From assembly GCA_049840735.1 (NCBI GenBank), contig JASGJN010000013.1, positions 576,001 to 640,000 on the forward strand: DNA of 64,000 nt, written 5' to 3'. This document shows positions 26,134 through 37,545 of this stretch, piece by piece. The notes under the pieces are model-generated. The model was not told the origin of the DNA. It worked only from the letters and a program-made list of their open reading frames with translations, and made no database searches. This DNA is from Anaeromyxobacter sp. (GTDB taxonomy: Bacteria > Myxococcota > Myxococcia > Myxococcales > Anaeromyxobacteraceae). Positions within the stretch are counted from its first letter, which is position 1, and every line of letters begins with the position of its first letter. Both the position numbers and the translations under genes were made by a program.

Positions 26134-26979
26134 TCAGGTCCGCTGCGCCACGCGGGCGCGGTCGCGGAACAGGTAGCCCTGGACCAGGTCGAAGCCCAGC
26201 TCGCGGGCCAGCACGAACTCGCCGGTGGTCTCGACGCCCTCCAGCACGGTGCGGGCGCCGGTTCCGTGCGCCATCCGCACCAGCGCCGAGACCAGCGCGC
26301 GGACGCGCGGGTGCTTCAGGCGCACGATCAGGCTGCGATTGAACTTCAGCACCTCGGCCTCGGCGATGGCGTCGAAGGAGAGCAGCCCGTTGGCGGCGCC
26401 CACGTCGTCGAGCGCCACCGCCAGCTTCCGCTCGCGCAGCGCGCCGATCATCCGCTGCGCGCGCACGGCGTCGGCCGCGGCCAGCGCCTCGGTCACCTCC
26501 ACCACCACGCGGACGGTGGCGGAGGAGAACAGCCCCAGGAACGGGTTGCGGTGGCGGTCGCCGGCGCGGACCCAGCAGTCCGGGTCGAGGTTCACGAACA
26601 GCGGCACCCGCGGCGCGTGCTCCACCTGGTGCAGCTTCAAGGTGAGCTCGGTGCGGAGGAAGAGGCCCGGGTCGGAGTGGAGGATGGAGAAGACGCGGGC
26701 CGGCGCCACCGGGCGGCCGTCGCGGCGGCGGAAGCGCGCCAGGGCCTCGAAGGCGGCGGTGCGGGCGCTGCGGGTGTGGACCAGCGGCTGGTACTCGGTC
26801 CAGAAGCGCCCCTCGTCCACCATGGCGCGGACCTCGAGCAGGTCGAGGCGGCCGTGGGCCGTCTGGCGATTGTGGCCCGCGAACAGGTCGAACGGCGCGG
26901 GCTCCGCGACCTCTGCGAGGGCGGGTTCGTGGCCTGTCCCTGGAACGGCTGCCAGCCTGAGCTGCGCGCGTTCGCTCAT
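26134..26979 (-). CDS. Stand-alone EAL domain protein
   Basis: YQPLV, EALAR, FVNL, EVTE, LDDVG, EGVET, QGYLF. Confidence 0.88.
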   Translation of the reverse strand: MSERAQLRLAAVPGTGHEPALAEVAEPAPFDLFAGHNRQTAHGRLDLLEVRAMVDEGRFWTEYQPLVHTRSARTAAFEALARFRRRDGRPVAPARVFSILHSDPGLFLRTELTLKLHQVEHAPRVPLFVNLDPDCWVRAGDRHRNPFLGLFSSATVRVVVEVTEALAAADAVRAQRMIGALRERKLAVALDDVGAANGLLSFDAIAEAEVLKFNRSLIVRLKHPRVRALVSALVRMAHGTGARTVLEGVETTGEFVLARELGFDLVQGYLFRDRARVAQRT

Positions 26980-27226
26980 GTCAGCCTCGGCAACGCAGCC
27001 GCGCCGGTCCTGGCGACCCGGCTCGACTCGTGCGCTTGCAGGCCCCCGCCCGCCACTCAACGGTTGAGCGCATCGTGCCACCGTGGAGCAGCGCTTGCCA
27101 GCCCGCCGCGTGCCTGGCGCTGAACCATGGCCGTGGGGTAGCTCGCTTCACTTCTGGTGATCGATATCGGACCCGGTGAGCGGGCCGGACCCTGCGCCCC
27201 ACCCCGACTGGCAGGTGCGCGCCGAC

Positions 27227-27361
27227 TCAGCTGGCCAGCGCGGCGAGGAGCAGCGCCACGCCCAGCGCCACCGCGAGCCACGGACGCCAGGTGGCCAGGG
27301 CCGGATCCGGCTGGGAGAGCGCGATCACGTGGGCGCGGGGGATTCTGGGGGCTCGGTGCAT
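27227..27361 (-). CDS. 44-aa small membrane protein (candidate)
   Basis: GGAGG RBS, ATG, C-terminal WLAVALGVALLLAALAS helix. Confidence 0.5.
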   Translation of the reverse strand: MHRAPRIPRAHVIALSQPDPALATWRPWLAVALGVALLLAALAS

Positions 27362-27471
27362 GGCGTCAGACCTCCGGTGGGACCGGGTCCCACAGGGAGG
27401 AGCTAATACCTGCACTGGCGACAGGCAACCGACAGGAGGGCTGGGTGGGGAGCTCAGGCCTCAGGCCCTCT

Positions 27472-27506
27472 CCCGTTCGTGGTGAGCCTGTCGAACCACG
27501 AACGGG
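27472..27506. repeat. REP-like palindrome, short class
   Basis: CCCGTTCGTGG-TGAGCCTGTCGAA-CCACGAACGGG just downstream of the DUF3501 gene. Confidence 0.8.
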
Positions 27507-27530
27507 CGCGGCGGACGCAGGTGACGCCCA

Positions 27531-28100
27531 TCAAGCCCGGGCGAGATCGCTGCGGAGGTCCTCGCCCAGCGCGGTCCGCTGCTCATCGGTGAGCGTCGTC
27601 TCCACGGTGAGCGCCGGGAGGTCTGAGCCGACGGCCACCGGCGCCTCGCCCTTCACGTCGAACTTGAGGTACTGCACCGAGGAGAGCCGGTCCTCCCCCA
27701 CCTGCCGCGGGTCGAAGCGGGCGCGGACCTTCTCGCCGCCGGCCAGCTTCACGTAGAGGTGGCGAGGGAGGTCCAGCCAGTCGCGCAGCTTGCGGTCGCG
27801 CTCGGCGGCGTCGGGGAGGCCGATCAGGAGCGAGACGCCCAGCTCCCCCGGCCCGCCCAGGAGCTCGTTGTACGTCTCCAGCTCGTGGACGACGTCCGCC
27901 TCCTTCTGCAGCCGCTCGGCGCGGATCATCTCCTGGATTTGGTAGCGGATGGTGGCGGTGTTCTCGAACAGGAAGTCGAGCACGCCGCCCACCGTGACCA
28001 GCCGGCGCCGCTTGGCCGCGATCACCGGCCCGCGGATCTCGTCGCGCGAGCGCGCGTAGGCGTCCAGGTCCAGGAGCTCGTCCCGCCTCACCTTCCTCAT
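27531..28100 (-). CDS. DUF3501 family protein
   Basis: FENTATIRYQIQEMIRAE, ELETYNELL, SSVQYLKF; ATGA overlap with upstream gene. Confidence 0.85.
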   Translation of the reverse strand: MRKVRRDELLDLDAYARSRDEIRGPVIAAKRRRLVTVGGVLDFLFENTATIRYQIQEMIRAERLQKEADVVHELETYNELLGGPGELGVSLLIGLPDAAERDRKLRDWLDLPRHLYVKLAGGEKVRARFDPRQVGEDRLSSVQYLKFDVKGEAPVAVGSDLPALTVETTLTDEQRTALGEDLRSDLARA

Positions 28101-29479
28101 GGCTTCTTCCCCTCGCCGCCGCTCGACCCCGGCCCGAACCCGTCCTCGCGATAGGCCCTGGCCAGCAGCGAGACCGGGTGGAGCGGCTTCTTCCCGGCGT
28201 GCTGCTGGAACTGGATGGCGGCCAGCGGGCAGTCGGTGATCCAGACCTCGGCCTCGCCCGCCTTCATGCCGTTGAACGCCCGCTGCCCGATGCGGATCGA
28301 GGGCTCGAAGCCCTCCACCGTCATGGCGTAGGTCCCGTCGTGCCCGCAGCACTCCATCACCGTGGCCGAGACGGTGACGCCCGGGATCTTGCGGGCCAGG
28401 TCGCGCCCCTTGAAGCCGATGCCCTGCGCCCGCAGGTGGCAGGGGGCGTGGTAGGCCACCTTGCCGCCCGGCGGCGTGGACTTGAAGTCGAGGCTGAAGC
28501 GCGGCTCGTTGCGGATGGACCAGAGGTACTCCGAGACGTCCATCACCGCTGCGGCCAGCTGCTCGGCCCGGGCGCGGTCCGGCCCCTCCAGCAGGTGAGG
28601 CCACTCGCGGCGCATCATCATGGAGCAGGTGGGGTTGATCACCAGGACCTTGGCCCCCTTCTCCACGTAGGGGATGAGCAGGTCGAGGTCGCGGTGGGCC
28701 TGCACCCGGACCGCCGAGAGGTCACCGTGCTCCCAGGCCGGCATCCCGCAGCAGACCAGCCCCTTCACCACCCGCACGTCCACGCCGCACTTCTTCAGGA
28801 CCTCGAGCGCGTCCTGGCCCAGGCCGGGCTCGTTGTTCTGCACGAAGCAGGTCTGGAACAGCACCGCCTCGCCGCCCGGCCCGGCGGAGAGGAGCCCCTG
28901 GCCGGCGGCCCAGCTGTCGAAGGACTGGCTGGCGAAGTCGGGCAGCAGCTTGTCGCGGTGCACGCCCAGCGTCTTCTCCATCAGCACGCGGAGCGGCCGG
29001 GTGCGGTTGGCCACGTTGGCCATGCCCAGCGAGAGGCGCGCCATTCGGCCGGCGCCGTCCGGATCGTTGAGCACGCGCTGGCGCAGCGAGCGGCGGGCGC
29101 CCTTCTTCGTCACCGCGCGGTAGCGGTGGATGAGCGCCGGGATGTCGAGCTGGAACTCGTGCTGGTCGCGCGGGGTGTACGGGCACTGCACCTCGCACAG
29201 CTTGCACTGGAAGCAGGTGTCCATCACCCCGCTGATCTCCCCCTCGGACAGCTTCCGCACGTCGCCGTCGTGGCGCTCGTCGATGAGCTTGAAGAGCTGG
29301 GGGAAGGTGTCGCAGTACTTGAAGCACATGCGACAGCCGTGACAGATCTCGAAGCCGCGCAGCACCTCGCCGTCCAGCGCCGCGCGGTCCCAGTACCGGG
29401 CGTCGGCGGGGTCGTAGCTCAAGCCCGGGGTGGGGATGTACGAGATGCGCTTGTCGTGCTGGGGATCGATGTCGGCCAT
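28097..29479 (-). CDS. Rubrerythrin-associated Fe-S oxidoreductase (GlpC/HdrD-like, CCG domains)
   Basis: [23 protein letters not shown], two CCG motifs. Confidence 0.88.
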   Translation of the reverse strand: MADIDPQHDKRISYIPTPGLSYDPADARYWDRAALDGEVLRGFEICHGCRMCFKYCDTFPQLFKLIDERHDGDVRKLSEGEISGVMDTCFQCKLCEVQCPYTPRDQHEFQLDIPALIHRYRAVTKKGARRSLRQRVLNDPDGAGRMARLSLGMANVANRTRPLRVLMEKTLGVHRDKLLPDFASQSFDSWAAGQGLLSAGPGGEAVLFQTCFVQNNEPGLGQDALEVLKKCGVDVRVVKGLVCCGMPAWEHGDLSAVRVQAHRDLDLLIPYVEKGAKVLVINPTCSMMMRREWPHLLEGPDRARAEQLAAAVMDVSEYLWSIRNEPRFSLDFKSTPPGGKVAYHAPCHLRAQGIGFKGRDLARKIPGVTVSATVMECCGHDGTYAMTVEGFEPSIRIGQRAFNGMKAGEAEVWITDCPLAAIQFQQHAGKKPLHPVSLLARAYREDGFGPGSSGGEGKKP

Positions 29480-29629
29480 GGCGGACCTCGCGTCGTCGGG
29501 CGGGAGCCTCCGGTCTACGCCCGCCCGCGCCGGAGCGCGAGCGTCCCGTCACCCGCTGTGACGACATGGCCCGGCGGGCATCCCCTTGCGGGGACCCACG
29601 CCGGGCCGGATTACGCACCTGCCGAGAGG

Positions 29630-30049
29630 CTAGGTGATGGTCTTGAGCATCTTGTCGAAGCGCCCGGCGTGGGACTTCTCGGCCTTGGCGAGCGTCTCGA
29701 ACCAGTCGGAGACCTCGGCGAAGCCCTCGTCGCGGGCGGTCTTGGCCATGCCGGGGTACATGTCGGTGTACTCGTGGGTCTCGCCCGCGATGGCGGCCTT
29801 GAGGTTCAGGACGCTGTCGCCGATGGGCAGGCCGGTGGCCGGATCGCCCACGTTCTTGAGGAAGTCGAGGTGGCCGTGCGCGTGGCCGGTTTCACCCTCG
29901 GCGGTCTCGCGGAAGTTGGCGGCGACCTCCGGGTACCCCTCCACGTCCGCGACCTTCGCGAAGTAGAGGTAGCGGCGGTTGGCCTGCGACTCGCCCGCGA
30001 AGGCGTCCTTGAGGTTCTGCTCGGTCTTGCTTCCCTTCAGCTGGGCCAT
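29630..30049 (-). CDS. Short rubrerythrin without rubredoxin domain
   Basis: [46 protein letters not shown]. Confidence 0.93.
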   Translation of the reverse strand: MAQLKGSKTEQNLKDAFAGESQANRRYLYFAKVADVEGYPEVAANFRETAEGETGHAHGHLDFLKNVGDPATGLPIGDSVLNLKAAIAGETHEYTDMYPGMAKTARDEGFAEVSDWFETLAKAEKSHAGRFDKMLKTIT

Positions 30050-30337
30050 CGTGTCCTCCAGTGCGGTGTTGCCGTGGGTGAATGTCGCCCGGGCGCCGGG
30101 GCGCTCGGTGCTGGCGCGGGCGGGGGGCCGACCGGTCCCCTCCCCTACGCGTCGCGCCCCGGCATCGTTACGCGGCGCGGTGGACAATGGGTAGAGCAAG
30201 CGGGGCCGGTTTCATCGCCCCTGTGGGGGCGTTGCGGCGATCCGGGCCTCTCGGAGTTCGTTCACCCAGCGTCCACACCTGGCCCTGCGCTGCCGGAGTG
30301 CCCCATCGTGGCCAACCTCCCAGCGGAGGAGACGCAC

Positions 30338-30586
30338 ATGCCCACCCCCGGAGAGATCGACCGCGCCCGCGACCTGGAGCGGCGGCGCGTGCAGGAGGAG
30401 CGGGACCTCGAGACCGAGCAGGACCACAGCGAGCGCCCGCTCGAGGGGCTCTCGGGCGGCCCGACCACCTGGACGCAGGACCAGGACGAGGCGCAGGCCG
30501 AGGTGGTCCACGGGGATGATGAGAAGCGGTCGGTGGAGGCGTCCAGGGAGCAGATCCCGGTGGTGCCGCCGGGCGGCGAGGGCTGA
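30338..30586 (+). CDS. Small acidic hypothetical protein (82 aa)
   Basis: GGAGGAG RBS; MPTPGEIDRARDLE...; good codon bias. Confidence 0.6.
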   Translation: MPTPGEIDRARDLERRRVQEERDLETEQDHSERPLEGLSGGPTTWTQDQDEAQAEVVHGDDEKRSVEASREQIPVVPPGGEG

Positions 30587-30592
30587 AGGGCG

Positions 30593-31210
30593 CTAGCTGG
30601 GCGGGGTCCGCAGCACCGCCCCGCCGGCCCCTACCGCCACCAGCAGCAGCGCGGCCACCACACCGGCGGGATCCACCGCCGAGCGAGCCACCAGGCCGAT
30701 TCCCACGAGCCCGGCGATGAGCAGGGCCGGTCCCGCGGCGGCGGGGCGGGCGCCGGGGGCCGGGAGCAGGCCGGCGCAGACCCCGGCCAGCGCTGCACCC
30801 GCGGCCGCGGGCCACAGCGCCGGCAGCTGGGTCCGCAGCTGCGGCAGGACCGGCAGCAGCACCGCCCCCAGCACGGCCACGCTGCCCACGGCCAGCGCCA
30901 GCACCGCGCCGGCGGCGGAGTCCTTGGCGACGCGGGCGCGCGGGCTGGGGCCGGGGGAGAGCAGGTCCACCACCGCCTCCAGCGCCGAGTTGGCGGCCTC
31001 GCCGGCCACCACCAGCGCCACGCACAGGAGCAGCAGGGCCCGCTCGCCGCCGGTGAACGGGCCGACCGCGGCCAGCGCCGCGGCGGGCACGCCCAGCGCC
31101 AGGTGCAGGCGCATGTTGCGCTCGCGGTGGGCCGCCTCGCACAGGCCGCGGGTGGCCCAGCCGAAGCTCTTGGCCAGCGTGTGACGCCGGGTGGTCGCGT
31201 CGGGCGGCAC
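30593..31210 (-). CDS. Diacylglycerol/undecaprenol kinase family protein with extra TM tail
   Basis: SFGWATRGL, ERNMRLH, EAANSALEAVVDL, AKDSAAGAVL. Confidence 0.85.
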   Translation of the reverse strand: MPPDATTRRHTLAKSFGWATRGLCEAAHRERNMRLHLALGVPAAALAAVGPFTGGERALLLLCVALVVAGEAANSALEAVVDLLSPGPSPRARVAKDSAAGAVLALAVGSVAVLGAVLLPVLPQLRTQLPALWPAAAGAALAGVCAGLLPAPGARPAAAGPALLIAGLVGIGLVARSAVDPAGVVAALLLVAVGAGGAVLRTPPS

Positions 31211-31219
31211 GCGCCCCGC

Positions 31220-32206
<987 letters not shown>

Positions 32207-32339
32207 GGCGTATCCCTCCGCCGTCGATGGATACCGGGCCCGGGGCCGGGAAGCCATCGGAAAAGCGCCGGCCGGCGGGCGTGCCCGGACCGGGCGGCGA
32301 GGGACGGGGCGGTTAAATCCCAGGCCGGAGGAGCCCACC

Positions 32340-32840
32340 ATGTCCCGCACCCACGTCCTCGAGCGCTCGCAGCTCGTCCCGCGCCCCCGCGCCGAGGTGT
32401 TCGCGTTCTTCGCCGACGCGCACAACCTCGAAGCCATCACCCCGGGCTTCCTCCGCTTCCGCGTCACCACCCCCGGGCCCATCCCCATGGCCGAGGGGAC
32501 GCTGATCGAGTACCGGCTGGCGCTGTTCGGCCTGCCCTTCGGCTGGCGCACGCGCATCGACGCCTGGGAGCCGGGGCGGCTCTTCGTGGACCGGCAGCTG
32601 CGCGGCCCCTACCGCCGCTGGCGCCACACGCACGCCTTCGCCGACGCGCCCGGCGGGACGCGGGTGGAGGACCGCGTCGAGTACCAGCTGCCGCTGGGGC
32701 CGCTGGGCGATCTGGCCCACGCCCTGCTGGTGCGGCGCACGCTGGCCGCCATCTTCGATCACCGCGCCGCGCGGATCTCGGCGCTGCTCGCGCCCGCGGG
32801 CGCGCCGATCAGCGCTTCGCCGGCGCCGGATGCACGGTGA
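32340..32840 (+). CDS. SRPBCC family protein
   Basis: VFAFFADAHNLEAITP, FVDRQLRGPYRRWRHTH. Confidence 0.88.
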   Translation: MSRTHVLERSQLVPRPRAEVFAFFADAHNLEAITPGFLRFRVTTPGPIPMAEGTLIEYRLALFGLPFGWRTRIDAWEPGRLFVDRQLRGPYRRWRHTHAFADAPGGTRVEDRVEYQLPLGPLGDLAHALLVRRTLAAIFDHRAARISALLAPAGAPISASPAPDAR

Positions 32841-33270
32841 GCACCGGGCAGCGCGCCTTGCGCACCACCCGCTCGGCGATGGAGCCCATCAGCGCGTGCT
32901 CCAGGCCGCTCCGCCCGTGCGTGCCCAGCACCAGCAGGTCCACGCCGTTCTCGGCGGCGTGGGCGATGATCTCGCCGGCCGGCTCGCCCACCGCGGTGGC
33001 GGCGGTGACGCGCGGGGCGCCCAGCTTGGCCGCGTCCTCGCGCCACTCGCCCACGTGGCGGGTGGCCTGGTCGGCCAGCTCCTGCAGCATCCTGGGGCTC
33101 GCCACCACCGAGCCGTCCGGGAAGGTGTAGCCGGGGATCGGGTAGGCATGGAGCAGCACCAGGTCGGCGTCGAAGCGGCGGGCGAGGTCGGCGGCCACCT
33201 CCATGGCGGCACGCGACGCGTCGGAGAAGTCGATCGGGCAGCAGATCCGCTTCCAGTCGGCGGCGGGCAT
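32809..33270 (-). CDS. Universal stress protein
   Basis: ICCPIDFS, LVLGTHGRSG, GSIAERVVRKARCPVLTV. Confidence 0.93.
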   Translation of the reverse strand: MPAADWKRICCPIDFSDASRAAMEVAADLARRFDADLVLLHAYPIPGYTFPDGSVVASPRMLQELADQATRHVGEWREDAAKLGAPRVTAATAVGEPAGEIIAHAAENGVDLLVLGTHGRSGLEHALMGSIAERVVRKARCPVLTVHPAPAKR

Positions 33271-33406
33271 GTCCAGATACCTCCTCTCCCACGATGGTAC
33301 GCCCGCCCGCGGCCGGCGGCGCGCTGGAGTGCGGCCCCACCCCCGCGTGACCGCGGGCCAGGCCTCGCACGGGCCATGCAGGGGTGAGAGGTGGTAGAAG
33401 GCCCGC

Positions 33407-34297
33407 GTGTCGAACCCCCGCGCCGCCCTCCCCTACGCCGTCGCCGCCTATCTCTCCTGGGGGTTCCTCCCCATCTACTTCAAGGCGCTGCACGGCGTGC
33501 CGCCGGTGGAGATCCTGGCCCACCGCGTGGCCTGGTCGATGCTGCTGCTCTCGGTGCTGGTGGTGGCCATGGGCCGGGCGGCCGCGCTGCGCGAGGCGCT
33601 GGGGCCGGGCAAGCGCGGCGCGCTGGTCGCGAGCACGCTCCTCATCGCCGTCAACTGGCTGCTCTACATCTGGGCGGTGCAGGCGGGCCGGGTGCTGGAG
33701 GCGAGCCTCGGCTACTTCATCAACCCGCTCGTCAACGTGCTGCTCGGGCGCTGGTTCCTGGGCGAGCGGCTCACGCGCCGCCAGGCCTTTGCGGTGGGGC
33801 TGGCCGCGGCGGGCGTGCTGGCGCTGGTGATCCGCCAGGGGACCTTCCCCTGGGTGGCGCTGGTGCTGGCCCTCTCCTTCGGCAGCTACGGCCTGGTGCG
33901 CAAGCGGGCGGGCATCGACCCGGTCGCCGGGCTGCTGGCCGAGACGGCGCTGCTGGCGCCGTTCGCGCTGGGCCTCTTGGGCTGGCGCGCGGTCTCCGGC
34001 ACCGGCGCGTTCGGCTCGGGCGCCGGGGTGAGCGCGCTGCTGGCGGCGGCCGGCGTGATCACCGCGCTGCCGCTGGTCTGGTTCGCGGTGGGCGTGCGCC
34101 ACCTGCGCCTCTCCACCATGGGGATCGTCCAGTACCTGGCCCCCACCGGTCAGTTCCTGCTGGCGGTCCTGCTCTACCGCGAGCCGTTCACGGCCGCGCA
34201 TGCGCTGGCCTTCGGCTGCATCTGGTCGGCGCTGGGGCTCTACACCTGGGAGGCGCTGGCCCGCACGCGCGTCCTGGTGGTGGAGCCGGAGCCGTAG
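33407..34297 (+). CDS. rarD: EamA family transporter RarD
   Basis: WGFLPIYFK, EILAHR, EASLGYFINPL, QYLAPT. Confidence 0.92.
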   Translation: MSNPRAALPYAVAAYLSWGFLPIYFKALHGVPPVEILAHRVAWSMLLLSVLVVAMGRAAALREALGPGKRGALVASTLLIAVNWLLYIWAVQAGRVLEASLGYFINPLVNVLLGRWFLGERLTRRQAFAVGLAAAGVLALVIRQGTFPWVALVLALSFGSYGLVRKRAGIDPVAGLLAETALLAPFALGLLGWRAVSGTGAFGSGAGVSALLAAAGVITALPLVWFAVGVRHLRLSTMGIVQYLAPTGQFLLAVLLYREPFTAAHALAFGCIWSALGLYTWEALARTRVLVVEPEP

Positions 34298-34363
34298 GGC
34301 TCGCCGGCCACCCCGCCCCACATCGACGCCGCGGTGGGCGGCGCGGTAAGGTCCGCGCGTTCC

Positions 34364-35437
34364 ATGCCTTCCGATACCGCCGCCCCGCCCCCCGCCTCGC
34401 CCGCCGCCGACGACGCCGCACCGGCCCTTGGCGCCCGCTGGACCAACCCCTGGCGCCACCTCCCGCGCGTGCGCTGGGCGGTGCAGCTCGCCTACCTGGG
34501 CTTCACGCTGCTGGTGGGCTGGCAGTTCTCGCGCTTCGTGGCGGCGGCGCTGGCGAGCGGCCCGCTGGACGTGGAGCGGCCGCCGGCGGTGGAGGGGTTC
34601 CTGCCCATCGCCGCGCTGGTGGGGCTGAAGCGCTTCCTGCTCACGCGCTACTGGGACCAGGTCCACCCGGCCGGCCTGACGCTGCTGCTGGCCGCGCTCG
34701 CCACGGCCTTCGTGGCGCGCAAGGGGTTCTGCAGCTGGGTCTGCCCGGTGGGCACGCTCTCGCGCCTGGCAGAGGAGGCGGGGAAGCGGCTCCTGTGGCG
34801 GCGCCGCGGCTTCCCGGTGGTGCCGCGCTGGCTGGACCTGCCGCTCTGTGGCCTCAAGTACCTGCTGCTGGCCTTCTTCGCGGTGAGCGTCTTCGTGGTG
34901 ATGCCGCTCCCGGCGGCCGAGGCGTTCCTCGGCTCGCCCTACAACGTGGCGGCCGACGCGAAGATGCTGGCCTTCTTCACCCACCCGTCCTCGGTCGCGC
35001 TCTCGGTGATGGGCGGGCTGGTGGCGCTCTCGCTGGTGGTGAAGCACGCCTGGTGCCGCTGGCTCTGCCCCTACGGCGCGCTGCTGGGCCTCTCGAGCCT
35101 GGCCTCGCCGGTCCGGATCCGGCGCGACCCGGACGCCTGCAACGACTGCCGGGCCTGCACCCGCGCCTGCCCCGCCGCCATCCCGGTCCATTCGCGGCTG
35201 CGGGTGCTCTCCGCCGAGTGCACCGGCTGCATGTCCTGCGTGGCGGCCTGCACCACCGCCGACTGCCTGGGCGTGACCGGCAAGGGCCAGCGCCGCTGGT
35301 CGGCCTGGTGGGTGCCGGCGCTGGTGCTGGGCACCATGCTGGGCTTCTGGGCGGTGGCCCGCCTGTCCGGCTTCTGGCACACGGACGTGCCCGCCGAGAC
35401 CTTCCGCCAGCTCTACCGGCTCATGGGCGTGGGATAG
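34364..35437 (+). CDS. Membrane 4Fe-4S binding protein (YccM/NapH-like)
   Basis: FCSWVCPVG, WCRWLCPYG, CNDCRACTRACP, ECTGCMSCVAAC. Confidence 0.88.
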   Translation: MPSDTAAPPPASPAADDAAPALGARWTNPWRHLPRVRWAVQLAYLGFTLLVGWQFSRFVAAALASGPLDVERPPAVEGFLPIAALVGLKRFLLTRYWDQVHPAGLTLLLAALATAFVARKGFCSWVCPVGTLSRLAEEAGKRLLWRRRGFPVVPRWLDLPLCGLKYLLLAFFAVSVFVVMPLPAAEAFLGSPYNVAADAKMLAFFTHPSSVALSVMGGLVALSLVVKHAWCRWLCPYGALLGLSSLASPVRIRRDPDACNDCRACTRACPAAIPVHSRLRVLSAECTGCMSCVAACTTADCLGVTGKGQRRWSAWWVPALVLGTMLGFWAVARLSGFWHTDVPAETFRQLYRLMGVG

Positions 35438-36257
35438 CCCGCTCCCGCGCGATCCGGTCCAGCAGCGCCGCCAGCCGCACGCCGGCGCGCTCGAGCGCCA
35501 GCGCGGTGCGCTCCCGCTGCGTCCCGGCATAGCCGCGATCCAGGCGCAGGATGCTTCTCTCCCCGGGCACGCGGTCCAGCTCGGCGTAGATGGCCTGCGC
35601 CTCGGCGTTCGATCCCTCGGCCCACTGCGCCGGCGTGAGCTGCGCGGCCCAGGCGCGGGCCTGCTCCGCGGTGACGGCCTGGCCCAGCGCGCGCCCCACC
35701 TCGCGCCGGCCGCCGTGCTTCACCAGCGCGTCGACCACGTCGTGGTCCCAGATCTCGTGGAAGTTGCCCGGCTGGCGCGACTTGCCCTTGCGCACCCGCA
35801 GCTCGTTGCCGCCGCGGTCGCGACCGTCGCCGGCGTGGAGCGGCTGGTGCAGGTCGGCGGTCAGGTGGATGAGCCAGCGCAGCGCGTCGGCGCGATCCAT
35901 GGCGCTCCCGCCGCGCCGCAGCACCTGCTCGAACCGCGAGATGGCCTCGACGGCGCAGCCCTTGGCGCAGTCGCGCGAGGAGAGGTATTGCGCGCCGAAG
36001 GGGATGTTCACGTAGTGCCAGCGCCTGGTCTCCTTGTCCTTCTGCGCGTCGGCCCAGCTGGCGACGTCCGGATCCGACATGGGCACCTCGCCCAGGATCT
36101 CGGTCACCATCTGGCGCGCCTCGGGGGAGAGCCGCTCCTCCGCGATGACCGCCACCACCACGTGGCCGTCCTTGCCCCAGGCCTGCGTGACGCGCGGCGC
36201 CAGGCCTGCGACGAGGGCGAGCGTGAGCTGCAGGAAGCGCAGGCGGGCGGAGGGCAT
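35421..36257 (-). CDS. Secreted S1/P1 nuclease
   Basis: AWGKDGH, WAD, WHYVN, HLTADLHQPLH, HEIWD. Confidence 0.92.
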   Translation of the reverse strand: MPSARLRFLQLTLALVAGLAPRVTQAWGKDGHVVVAVIAEERLSPEARQMVTEILGEVPMSDPDVASWADAQKDKETRRWHYVNIPFGAQYLSSRDCAKGCAVEAISRFEQVLRRGGSAMDRADALRWLIHLTADLHQPLHAGDGRDRGGNELRVRKGKSRQPGNFHEIWDHDVVDALVKHGGRREVGRALGQAVTAEQARAWAAQLTPAQWAEGSNAEAQAIYAELDRVPGERSILRLDRGYAGTQRERTALALERAGVRLAALLDRIARERAIPRP

Positions 36258-36400
36258 GCCTCACCCTACCCCGCCCGGCGGACATGCGCAGGGGGCTTCG
36301 CTCCCCTTCCGAGCCACCCCGAGGAATCCTTCCGATCGGCCTCCCGCGGCACCCGGTCCGTGAACAATGGAAGGGGAAACCCGTTTGCTGGGAGGTTCCC

Positions 36401-36871
36401 ATGATCCCGGACCCGGTGGACCACTACCTGCACACCCACCACCCGTCGTGCGAGCACTCGTCCCACCTGCGCGCGGTCACCGCGCAGCGCGTCGCCGCCG
36501 CCGAGCACGTCAGCGGCACGCGCCTGGCGAAGCCGGTGGTGGTCCGGCTCGGGGAGCGGCTGGTGCTGGCGGTCATCGGCGCCGACCGCAAGCTCGACCT
36601 GGAGGTCCTCTCGGCGGTCTGCGGCGGTCTCCCCGCCGAGCTGGCGCCCGAGCAGACGTTCGCCGAGCGCTTCGCGCCCTGCGAGCCCGGCGCCGAGCCG
36701 CCGCTCAACATGTTCGGCCTGCCGCTGTACGTCGACGCCGCGCTGGCCCGCGAGCCGTGGGTGGTGATGCGCGCCGGCACGCACGAGGACACGGTCCGCA
36801 TGTCCACCGACGAGTGGCTGGAGCAGGAGGACGCCCGGGTGGTGGAGGGGCTGGGGCGGCACCACCTGTAG
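36401..36871 (+). CDS. YbaK/EbsC (aminoacyl-tRNA deacylase-like) protein
   Basis: LAKPVVV, CEPGAEPP, AGTHEDTVRM; GGAGG RBS. Confidence 0.85.
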   Translation: MIPDPVDHYLHTHHPSCEHSSHLRAVTAQRVAAAEHVSGTRLAKPVVVRLGERLVLAVIGADRKLDLEVLSAVCGGLPAELAPEQTFAERFAPCEPGAEPPLNMFGLPLYVDAALAREPWVVMRAGTHEDTVRMSTDEWLEQEDARVVEGLGRHHL

Positions 36872-36885
36872 CCCGACGATCACCC

Positions 36886-37041
36886 CCTGGGCTTCGACTC
36901 CGCGAGCCCTGCGGGCTCGCTACGCTCAGCCCGAACGGGGGCGAAGCCCGTTCGCCGTGAGAGGTTCGCTTCGCCAAGCCAGAACGCCCGACCCCGTTCG
37001 CCCTGAGCGTAGCGGCGCGAAGCGCCGCGGAGTCGAAGGGC
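36886..37041. repeat. Inverted REP pair, single BIME-like unit
   Basis: 36886-36938 is the exact reverse complement of the second REP in array units 3 and 4; second REP at 36994-37041. Confidence 0.88.
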
Positions 37042-37056
37042 AGGCGCCGATCGGCC

Positions 37057-37545
37057 TCACGCCCCGGCGACGATCAGCGCGCCCTTGGCGCCGTCGTCGC
37101 CGCCGGCCCAGACCAGCACGCTGCCGCCGCCCGCGTAGCGGCGGGCGATGGCGCGGTGCGCGAGCACGGCCGCGGTCAGCGGGAAGGCGGTGCCCAGCTC
37201 GCCCAGCGAGGTGGCGGGGAGGAGCAGCGGCGTCTCCCGGACGTGCGCCGGCAGCCGCGTCAGCGCCAGCCCCCACTCGCGCGCCCGCCAACCGTCGCCG
37301 TTGAGCGAGCCGATGAGCCGGGTGGGCGGCACCGGGGCCGCCGCCAGCGCCGCCTCCACCGCGGCGCGCAGCGCGACGGCGGGCGGGGCGTTGGTGGCCA
37401 GCCGGTGCTCCGGCTCGCGCTGGACGGTGGGGCCCCAGATCGTCGCCAGCACCGGTGCCCGGCGCCGCTCGGCGGCGCGCCGGCGCTCCACCACCAGCAA
37501 GGCGGCGGCCTCGCCCGGCATGAACCCGACCGGATCCTCGGGTCG
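37057..37545 (-). pseudogene. C-terminal fragment of T6SS-associated 3-oxoacyl-ACP-synthase-like (PRK06147-type) protein
   Basis: DPVGFMPGEAAALLVV, LNGDGWRAREWG, PATSLGELG, DDGAKGA; N-terminal half absent. Confidence 0.7.

Noticed and set aside
27060..27110. Sigma54 promoter or c-di-GMP riboswitch upstream of the EAL gene
   Set aside because: TGGCAC and TGGCAA are present but without GC at the required spacing; no GEMM motif recognised
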